Origin: Candidatus Multivorans sp. | Lineage (GTDB): Bacteria; Acidobacteriota; Thermoanaerobaculia; Multivoradales; Multivoraceae | NCBI GenBank assembly: GCA_965222875.1 | Contig: CBDCVC010000003.1 | Coordinates: 706,567 to 770,566, forward strand | Length of the DNA stretch: 64,000 nucleotides | Direction: 5' to 3' | In this document: one piece after another, positions 57,183-64,000 of the stretch | Layout: each line of letters starts with the position of its first letter | Numbering within the stretch: the first letter of the stretch is position 1 | The notes under the pieces: model-generated | Database searches by the model: none | Told to the model about the DNA's origin: nothing | What the model saw: only the letters and a program-made list of their open reading frames with translations | Position numbers and translations under genes: made by a program

Positions 57183-59339
57183 TCAGGCTTCCGGTTCGCC
57201 GGCCTTGCGCTTCTCGTCAAGTGCCGACATCAGGCCGACCTCGTTCAGGTAAGCGCCGGCCTTCGCGTCCTTCGCCGCCTCGACCTGTGCCTCGCTCGCG
57301 CCGGCTTCGGCGAGAGCGGAGAAGGGACACCGGCCGGCGGCCGTCGCGGCCTTCGTCTCGGCCTCCGCGACCTCGGTCGCCTGGGTTCCTTCGCCCTTGC
57401 CGATCTCGTAGGCGGCGATCATCTGCTCCATCAGCTCGCGGCCGAGCTCGATGCCCTCTTCGACCGTCTTGATCCCGATCCGCGAGATGTGCTTCTCACG
57501 GGCCACCAACTCGACACGCTCCTGGGTCCGGTCCCGCATGAAGCCGGCGGGAACCCGGAGGATGCGGGAGGTCGCTTCGGCCGTCCACTCGTAGCTCGAG
57601 AGCATCGGCACCCGGTCGGCGTCGCGGGCGATGAGCTTCCGCTCGTCGGCCGCCTCGGACGCGCCGTTGCCGGCCGTCTCGGCCGCCTGCTCACGGGCCT
57701 CGATCGTCACCGGCTCACCGGTCTCGTCCTCGATCAGCGCGCGGGCGAACTCGAAGGTGACGGTCGGCAGCTTGCTCATCCGCGCCTTCTTCTCGATCCG
57801 GGCCTTGGCGCGGCGGCGCCGGTAGGCGTCCTCGATCGTCTTGAGGGCCAGACGGGCGTCCGCGGTCCACTTCAGCTTGCGGCCGTCGTAGGTCGTCTCG
57901 ACCTCGAAACCGCCCTCCATCTCGGCGATCCGGTCCAGCATCTCCTCCGTGATCTGCTCGAACGATTCGCTGCCGCAGACGCCGCAGCGGACCGGATCCG
58001 GCTCGGCCGAGGTCACGCCGCACTTGCGGCAGATGAAGGTGGGCCGGCTGCGCGCGAGCTCCAGGGCGACCTGCTCGGCCAGCGCCTCCGTCTCGCGTGC
58101 CGTGTACTTCGGCATGTAGCGGTCCATCGCCTCGTCCAGCACGTCGCTCGAGATCACGCTGTGTCCCTGCTCGACTGCCAGCCGGTAGAGCGCGGTGCGG
58201 GCGATCCCGCGGACCTGCTCGGGGACGCGCTCGAAGCGCTCCTCGGCCTCGGGCGTCCAGCGGATGCTCTCCTCGGCCTTGACGTCGAGTTCGGGGTACT
58301 CGAGACGGGTGGTCAGCAGGAGGTCGCAGGGGCAGGAACGGAGCAGGTTCTCGGCGTTGCTGCCGAGGCCGGTCTCGCTCTCGTCGCTATGCACGCCGAC
58401 GCGGCCGATCACGAGCATCCAGGGATCGATCTTCCGGGCGTGGTCGAGGACCTTCTGGAACGCCTTGCCGTCGAGCAGGCTCTTCGTCAGCTCGACGCCG
58501 ACCCCGGTTGCCATCGTCTCGGCGACGTCCAGGTGCGACTGGTAGATCTGCGCCAAGCCGGTGTCGATGATCTCCTCGTGGAGCTGGTTCTGCTCCTCGA
58601 AGCGGAAGATCTTCGCGGCGCGCTCCGTCAGCACGTTGACCACGCCCTTGAACACGGAGTAATGGAGGTACGGATCGTAGACCGAGATCGCCTCGACCTT
58701 CTTGCCGAAGCGCTTCGCCAGGTCGATGGCGGTCATCAGGGCGCCGAAGGACTGGGGCGAACCGTCGACTCCGACCAGGATCGTGTCGCGGCCGTCGGCC
58801 TTGTCGTGGTGGCCGTTGCCGTTGGTCGCCGTGCCGTTGCTCTTCGAAGGCAGGCGCTTGATCACCAGCACGTCCTTGTCGGCGGTGCGGGCGACCCGCT
58901 CGCAGACCGAGCCGATCTGCGTGTCGCGGACGCGGCCGATGCCCATCACGCCGAGCACGGTCAGGTCGTAACCGGACTCGCGGATGTCGCGCACGATCTC
59001 GACGTGGTGCTTGCCGTCCATCATCTTCGGCTCGAACTCGAGGTCGGCTTCGTCGCAGACCGCCTTCATCGGCTCGAGGTAGCTCTCCGAGATGAGCTCC
59101 AGCCCCATCGTGATCAGGGAGTCGTGGATCTTCCGCTGGCGGTCGAGTTCCGTCTCCTCGAGGTACTCGTCCGGCAGCGTGTACTCCATCTGCTTGAAGC
59201 GGTAGTCGTGCATGCTGGCCGCGTAGACGTGGCAGCCGACCATCCTGGAGTCGAACTTCCGGCCCAGTTCGACCGCGGAGGCGATCGCCTGGTTGGAGTA
59301 GTCCGAGTTGTCGAGCGGGACGTAGATCGTCTTGTACAT
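57183..59339 (-). CDS. Multidomain protein: two universal-stress-protein (UspA) domains + Zn ribbon + three PCP_red-like repeats
   Basis: USP 1 (YKTIYVPLDNSDYS...VLGVMGIG...VCERVARTADKDVLVI) and USP 2 (ILVGVDGSPQS...WMLVIGRVG...LLRSCPCDLLL). PCP_red-like segments IRWTPEAEERFERVPEQVRGIARTALYRLAVEQGHSVISSDVLDEA, LKWTADARLALKTIEDAYRRRRAKARIEKKAR and YEWTAEATSRILRVPAGFMRDRTQERVELVAREKHISRIGIKTVEEG. Zn ribbon CRKCGV...CGVCG. Confidence 0.7.
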   Translation of the reverse strand: MYKTIYVPLDNSDYSNQAIASAVELGRKFDSRMVGCHVYAASMHDYRFKQMEYTLPDEYLEETELDRQRKIHDSLITMGLELISESYLEPMKAVCDEADLEFEPKMMDGKHHVEIVRDIRESGYDLTVLGVMGIGRVRDTQIGSVCERVARTADKDVLVIKRLPSKSNGTATNGNGHHDKADGRDTILVGVDGSPQSFGALMTAIDLAKRFGKKVEAISVYDPYLHYSVFKGVVNVLTERAAKIFRFEEQNQLHEEIIDTGLAQIYQSHLDVAETMATGVGVELTKSLLDGKAFQKVLDHARKIDPWMLVIGRVGVHSDESETGLGSNAENLLRSCPCDLLLTTRLEYPELDVKAEESIRWTPEAEERFERVPEQVRGIARTALYRLAVEQGHSVISSDVLDEAMDRYMPKYTARETEALAEQVALELARSRPTFICRKCGVTSAEPDPVRCGVCGSESFEQITEEMLDRIAEMEGGFEVETTYDGRKLKWTADARLALKTIEDAYRRRRAKARIEKKARMSKLPTVTFEFARALIEDETGEPVTIEAREQAAETAGNGASEAADERKLIARDADRVPMLSSYEWTAEATSRILRVPAGFMRDRTQERVELVAREKHISRIGIKTVEEGIELGRELMEQMIAAYEIGKGEGTQATEVAEAETKAATAAGRCPFSALAEAGASEAQVEAAKDAKAGAYLNEVGLMSALDEKRKAGEPEA

Positions 59340-59450
59340 GGCGGTTTCTCTTGAGTTGGGCTCAGGTGGTGTCCGAGAGAGGAGAGTAGTCCGAGAGAGG
59401 AGAAGTGGTCTTCCGAGATGTGGGGCTATCGATGCCGGAATGGGCTGCGG

Positions 59451-61184
59451 TCAGACGGCGGTGGCCTCGGTACCCGCGAGGGCGGTCTCGTCGCCGGCCG
59501 ATGCCTGGTTCGCGCGTCGGCGGACCAGGAACACGACGAGCAATTCGATCACAAGCACGATGAAGGCGGCGCGCAGCACCGGGATCGTCGCTGCCTGCCT
59601 CACGCTGGGTTCGGTGTAGACGTAGAACCAGGACGACAGGGCGCGCTTGTTGCCGCGTTCCCGGTTGAAGCCGTCCCAGACGCTGAAGGCGATCGGGGTG
59701 TACTGCTGCTCGGCGAAGCTGACGCCGGCGCGCGACGCGCGCCGGCGCTTGGTTGTCACCGTCCACTCGCCCTGGTCGTAGGAGGTCACGGCCTCGACGA
59801 TGTCGGCCTCGGTCGGCTCGATCGCGTCGCTGCCGCGACCGCGGAAGGTGTCCGCGACGCCATAGGTCAGGTTGACGAACCAGAGGTCGACGGGGTTCGA
59901 GCTGTCGCCGAACAGGAAGTACGGTTTGAGCTGGGGGGTGTCCTCGGGCGCGAGCGAGGCCGGGAACTGGAGCGCCACCGCATCCGAGAACTCGGCGCCG
60001 TCGCTGCCGGCGTCGTCGCCGCCGCCAAAGAAGTCGTCGTCCGTGCCGAAGAAGTCGTCGGCGCTGTCGTCCTCGGGCTCCTCCTCGACGCCGAAGAAGC
60101 CGCCGTCCCCTCCGTCACTGTCTCCCGAGTCGATGTCGTTGTCCTCGTCCCACATCGGTACTTCGAGGGCCGGACTGTTCCGGCCGGTGTTGTCGGCGCG
60201 CAGGTCGTTCCAACGCACACGGAAGGCGATCTCGCCGCGGTTGTAGACGGCCTGAGCCTCGATCGAGGTCACGGACGGATAGAAGTTGCGACCCGGTTCG
60301 GTGATCTGCCCGACCAGGGGGAAGCGGGTCATCGGCGCGGTCTCGAACAGGGCGTCGAGCGCTTCCGCGTCCTGCAGGTCGATCGCCTCCTCGGTCCAGG
60401 CAGCGGTGATCAGGGTGCCGTAGCCGGAGTCGTCTCCGTCGCCCAGGAAGTACACGTAGTTCACCAGGTGCTGGCGGTCCTCCACTTCCAGCGAGTCGGC
60501 GTACGACGGCATCGGGGTGCCGTTCAGCCCGGTGGAGAAGGTGCGGTAGATGTCCTCCTTGGTCGGACCGCCGCGGAACGTCCAGCGTTGGGTCAGGTCG
60601 GCGATCTTGATGGGATCGCCCTTGTCGTTGACCAGGGTCGGTGCCGAAGAGCCGTCGCCGCGACCGACGTCGCCGTGGCATGCGCCGCAAGCCTGCTCCT
60701 CGTACAACTGCCGGCCACGGGCGATCGACTCCTCGGTCGACTCGAGCGGCCGGGGAATGTCGATGGGCTCACCGTAGCGGTCCGGGTTCTCGAAGTCGGG
60801 CGAGAAGGACTTGATGTAGTAGATGACGTTGTCGATTTCGGTGCTCGTCAGGTTGGGCCAGCCCGGCATCGACGTGTAGGGGAGGCCGATTTCGATCGCG
60901 CGGCGCAGGTCGTCGTCCGTGGGAAGCATCCCGTTCGGCGTGGTGCGGAACTTGTACTTGCCGGACGTGAAGTCGCGCGGCTTCGGCTTGACCCGTAGTG
61001 TGGCGTGGCCGTTGCCGTCGCCGGTGTCACCGTGGCACTGGCCGCAGTACTTGTCGTAGACCACCTTGCCGGCCGCTCGCTGTTCCTCGGTGCCGAGGTC
61101 GACCTGGGCGGCCAGGGGCGCGGCCAGCAGGGCGGCGCCCACGGCTACGGACGGTACGGCCGCGAGAATGTGACGCACGGACAT
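59451..61184 (-). CDS. Periplasmic di-heme c-type cytochrome (large, Asp/Gly-rich linker)
   Basis: Signal peptide. Two CxxCH (CGQCHGDTGDGNG and CGACHGDVGRGDG). Acidic linker (EDNDIDSGDSDGGDGGFFGVEEEPEDDSADDFFGTDDDFFGGGDD). Confidence 0.7.
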   Translation of the reverse strand: MSVRHILAAVPSVAVGAALLAAPLAAQVDLGTEEQRAAGKVVYDKYCGQCHGDTGDGNGHATLRVKPKPRDFTSGKYKFRTTPNGMLPTDDDLRRAIEIGLPYTSMPGWPNLTSTEIDNVIYYIKSFSPDFENPDRYGEPIDIPRPLESTEESIARGRQLYEEQACGACHGDVGRGDGSSAPTLVNDKGDPIKIADLTQRWTFRGGPTKEDIYRTFSTGLNGTPMPSYADSLEVEDRQHLVNYVYFLGDGDDSGYGTLITAAWTEEAIDLQDAEALDALFETAPMTRFPLVGQITEPGRNFYPSVTSIEAQAVYNRGEIAFRVRWNDLRADNTGRNSPALEVPMWDEDNDIDSGDSDGGDGGFFGVEEEPEDDSADDFFGTDDDFFGGGDDAGSDGAEFSDAVALQFPASLAPEDTPQLKPYFLFGDSSNPVDLWFVNLTYGVADTFRGRGSDAIEPTEADIVEAVTSYDQGEWTVTTKRRRASRAGVSFAEQQYTPIAFSVWDGFNRERGNKRALSSWFYVYTEPSVRQAATIPVLRAAFIVLVIELLVVFLVRRRANQASAGDETALAGTEATAV

Positions 61185-61242
61185 CAGTGCTGCCCCGGGA
61201 CGCGTGGCTCGTAGGCGGCGAAGCGGATGGAATGACCCGACA

Positions 61243-62121
61243 TCAGTGCTGCCCCAGCGCGCGCGGCTCGTAGCCGTTGAAGTCGTAGAGGAACAGGTTG
61301 ACGTCCCACATCTCCTCGGTGGTCAGGAACAGCTCCCACGCGGGCATGGCGCTGTCCCAGGGAGTGCCTCCCGCGGGAAGACCGGGTCCCCCCTTGGCGA
61401 TCCGCCAGTGAACAAAGGAGGACTGCAGGATCGGCAAGGTGCCGACGTCGTTGAAGTTGCTGGGCACCGGGTTCAGGCCGTGGGCGAACATGCCGTCGCC
61501 GCCCATGCCGTCGCCGTGGCACCAGAAGCAGTTCTCGTAGTAGACGCGGCGGCCGTTCTCCAGGTGCTCCTCGTACGCTTCCGGGTCGTCCTCGTGAAGA
61601 TCGGTGTACGGGTTGTCGGCGGTCGCCATGTCGATCGTCTCGTCGTGGACGGTGATCTCCGCGGGCGGAGGCGGATGAACCTCGCGCCCGAAACCGGGCG
61701 CCTCGAGCGGAACATTCATGTCCGCGTAGACGTTGTAGGCGGCCAGGGCCGGCAGCGCCACGAGTACCGCGGCCAGAAGCGGCCGGCGCCGCGGTTCAAG
61801 GATGAGCCGCACGATCGGCCCGACGGTCTCGGACAGGCGCTCGCGGCTCGACGAGGCGTAGCAGACCAGAGCGAGCGTAGCGATCCCGAGGTAGATCGTC
61901 GCCACCGACTGCGGGATCGGTACGGCGAAGCCGAACTTGAAGAAGGCCCACAGCGCGATCCAACTGAAGAGCAGCCAGGTGAGTGTGTTCGCCCGGCGCC
62001 AGATCAGCACGCCGGCGACCGCGGCCAGGCCAAGAAGAACCGGTAGGTTGAGTCCCCACATGATCGAGTCAGTTCCGTGAAGGTTCGGGGGCCGGGTGGC
62101 TGCCCACCAGGGAGCAGTCAC
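61243..62121 (-). CDS. Membrane-anchored mono-heme c-type cytochrome (3 N-terminal TM helices + cytochrome c domain)
   Basis: TM helices in residues 20-110. CFWCHGDGMGGDG heme-binding motif. Confidence 0.65.
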   Translation of the reverse strand: MTAPWWAATRPPNLHGTDSIMWGLNLPVLLGLAAVAGVLIWRRANTLTWLLFSWIALWAFFKFGFAVPIPQSVATIYLGIATLALVCYASSSRERLSETVGPIVRLILEPRRRPLLAAVLVALPALAAYNVYADMNVPLEAPGFGREVHPPPPAEITVHDETIDMATADNPYTDLHEDDPEAYEEHLENGRRVYYENCFWCHGDGMGGDGMFAHGLNPVPSNFNDVGTLPILQSSFVHWRIAKGGPGLPAGGTPWDSAMPAWELFLTTEEMWDVNLFLYDFNGYEPRALGQH

Positions 62122-62185
62122 TCTTCAGAACGGAGGGGTGCCGATAGTTGTTCCTCATGATTTCAGAAGTTTCTGAAAACTCGGT

Positions 62186-62653
62186 TCAATAGCCCAGATC
62201 CGTATCCAGGGTGACGGTCGGGGCGCCGCCCTGGCTTTGCAGCCAAGCGATGACGGCCTTCATTTCATCGTCGCTGAAACTGATTGGAGGTTCGTTCATC
62301 TTCTGCATTCCCTGGGCGAAGCCGGGAACGAGGAACGCGTCGGGATCGTACAGCGATTGCGCCAGGTACTCGATGTCGGAATACCCTTCGATGCGGCTGC
62401 CGGCCCGCGAGCCGACGCCGTCGAGTGCCGGAGCGCGGACCTCGTTGTGACAGTCCATGCATATGCCCTTGCCGTTGACCAGCTCGCGGCCGACCTCAAT
62501 CAGGTCTTCGGTCGTCATCTCCGCGCTGATCAGCACCGGCGGCGGGGGATGCACCTCCTTCTGGGGCACGATCTGGCCCAGGTACATGTAGAAGGCCGTG
62601 GTGCCCAACACCAGGAGGACCATCTTGAGCGGCATCGGGACGTTCAGCTTCAT
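62186..62653 (-). CDS. Small membrane-anchored c-type cytochrome
   Basis: N-terminal TM anchor. CMDCH heme-binding site. Overlaps the upstream gene stop by 4 nt. Confidence 0.7.
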   Translation of the reverse strand: MKLNVPMPLKMVLLVLGTTAFYMYLGQIVPQKEVHPPPPVLISAEMTTEDLIEVGRELVNGKGICMDCHNEVRAPALDGVGSRAGSRIEGYSDIEYLAQSLYDPDAFLVPGFAQGMQKMNEPPISFSDDEMKAVIAWLQSQGGAPTVTLDTDLGY

Positions 62654-64000
62654 GCCGTCTGCCCCTCCTTGAGCCGGCCGCCGCCTTCAGTGGCGGTCTT
62701 CGGCTGCCACGGCTTCTTGCCGGCGAGGCTGCTGAGCCAGAAGACGACGCCGATCAGGCCGAAGAAGATGAGAACGGTGACCGAGACGACCTGGGTGGCG
62801 AAGCCGAGGGTGGGCGTATAGGCGTCCGGGGAGGTGTCGAGGACGACGCCGTACACGTGCCATTCCTGTCGCAGGCCGGAGCGGACGTAGCCCATCAGCC
62901 CCATCAGCCAGGTGAAGCTGAGCGCGATGAAGATCAGCGCGTACTGCGAGATCGCGGGCATCTTGCCCCATTGCGTCTCGCCGGACCGCTTGGCGTTTCG
63001 GTACAGAGGCAGGTCGATGATGGTGATCACGGCCATCGCCGCGAGCACCGAGTAGACCTGGGGTATTGCGAATCGGACTCGCGTTGCGGCGTCGACTTGG
63101 TAGCCGTAGACGCCGAAGAAGATGACCAGCGCGGCGGTAGCGGCGAAGACCACCACCTGGGCGCGGCTCAGGAGCTGCCTCCGCGGGTGAATCGACTGCT
63201 TGCCGGTCCGCCGGTAGAGCAGGAAGCTCATGTAGGTCGACAGGATCAGGATGTTGACCGCCGTGTTCTTGGCCGACATCTGGCCCAGGACGTCGAGCTG
63301 CGGGTGGCTGCTGCCGCCCATGGCGGCGATCTCGGAAACGGACGAGATCGCATAGCGCGGCGTTGCCCAGACGGCGAAGCAGAGAGCGATCGCGATCAGC
63401 AGCCACTTGATGAACTTCTGAAAGTGGGCTGTGCCCTCGATCCGGCCCATCCCCAGCCACAGGTAGTAGTTCGCGCCCAGGAACAGGTTGCCGATCAGAG
63501 CCGCCTGGAGGACGAAGAGCCAGGAGAAGGTGCCGCCCATCATCTGGATACCCAGGGTCTGGCTGTAGGCGTAGATCTCGCTTGCCAGGTAGTAGCCGGC
63601 GAAGGGCAGGGGCAGGAAGGCGATGATGGCGACGAAGTTGCCGATGTAGCCCATCCAGTCGAAGTGGGCCTTCTCCTCGTCGGTCTTCGCTTGGAGGTAG
63701 CGGAAGGCGGCGTAGGCGGCGGCAATCGAGCCGCCGAAGGCGACATTGGCGATGATCCGGTGGATGTTGATCGGCATCCAGGTGAAGTTGAAGAACGCGT
63801 CCCGGAGGCTCAGCAGGGCGCCGCTTTCCGAGACGGCGGAGACGAAGTCCGGGATGCCGTCGCCGTCCACGTCCTCCCGCTTGCCGGGCGACATCATGAA
63901 GGTCAGCCAGGCATTGGCGATGAACATGATCGCGGTGCCGACCACGTTCAGCATGAAACCGAGGAACAGGTGCATCTTCGGCCCGAACTTGCCCCAGCCG
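62650..64000 (-). CDS. Cytochrome bd ubiquinol oxidase subunit I (CydA)-like membrane protein (C-terminal about 450 aa; N-terminus beyond window end)
   Basis: ANAWLTFMMSP (compare CydA ANGWMQNP) and IHRIIANVAFGG (compare CydA FVHTVASGY heme-ligand region). Polytopic. ORF remains open to the window edge. No cydB follows; three cytochrome c genes follow instead. Confidence 0.6.
   Translation of the reverse strand, partial: GWGKFGPKMHLFLGFMLNVVGTAIMFIANAWLTFMMSPGKREDVDGDGIPDFVSAVSESGALLSLRDAFFNFTWMPINIHRIIANVAFGGSIAAAYAAFRYLQAKTDEEKAHFDWMGYIGNFVAIIAFLPLPFAGYYLASEIYAYSQTLGIQMMGGTFSWLFVLQAALIGNLFLGANYYLWLGMGRIEGTAHFQKFIKWLLIAIALCFAVWATPRYAISSVSEIAAMGGSSHPQLDVLGQMSAKNTAVNILILSTYMSFLLYRRTGKQSIHPRRQLLSRAQVVVFAATAALVIFFGVYGYQVDAATRVRFAIPQVYSVLAAMAVITIIDLPLYRNAKRSGETQWGKMPAISQYALIFIALSFTWLMGLMGYVRSGLRQEWHVYGVVLDTSPDAYTPTLGFATQVVSVTVLIFFGLIGVVFWLSSLAGKKPWQPKTATEGGGRLKEGQTA

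Overview
This ~70% GC bacterial chromosomal window is densely coding, and genes often overlap by 4 nt at stop/start. The high GC also produces many long antisense ORFs that I do not count as genes.

The left part (1-15.2 kb) carries a partial metB-like gene, a TonB-dependent receptor, a GT2 gene with a LAB_N small membrane protein, and a complete aerotolerance-type operon (MoxR, DUF58, DUF4381-like, BatA to BatE).

The middle holds a NUDIX hydrolase, a Tat-exported alpha/beta hydrolase, a thioesterase, a Phd/VapC pair, and a four-gene homocitrate synthase / homoaconitase / homoisocitrate dehydrogenase cluster (alpha-aminoadipate-type lysine branch). A lower-GC islet follows, with MNT/HEPN, a GIY-YIG-like gene, a GNAT gene, and an in-frame duplicated 3' fragment of the neighbouring TolB-propeller-amidohydrolase gene. 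After it come a Tat-signal TPP enzyme, rpmB, a flotillin/NfeD pair, an MFS transporter, an enoyl-CoA hydratase and glyA.

Downstream of glyA, a peroxiredoxin-like gene is split by an in-frame TGA that replaces the first Cys of a CxxC motif, with a hairpin just downstream. I read it as a selenoprotein with a bacterial SECIS. Further right are a 1213-aa secreted metzincin with FN3 repeats and two tandem C-terminal Cys-flanked domains, a flavin reductase, a GCS2 ligase, an LLM oxidoreductase, an ECF sigma/anti-sigma pair, metG, an orphan Wzt-like ABC ATPase and a D-2-hydroxyacid dehydrogenase.

The right 12 kb is the most unusual part. A co-directional cluster contains three different fusions of the PCP_red (protochlorophyllide-reductase BchB C-terminal-like) domain: radical-SAM/SPASM+PCP_red, Zn-ribbon+PCP_red, and USP-USP-(PCP_red)x3. 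It also encodes an Mrp/NBP35 Fe-S carrier, an FGE-like protein, a GNAT protein and a methyltransferase-like protein. Directly upstream sit three c-type cytochromes and a CydA-like quinol-oxidase subunit with no cydB.

I found no rRNA, tRNA or CRISPR array.
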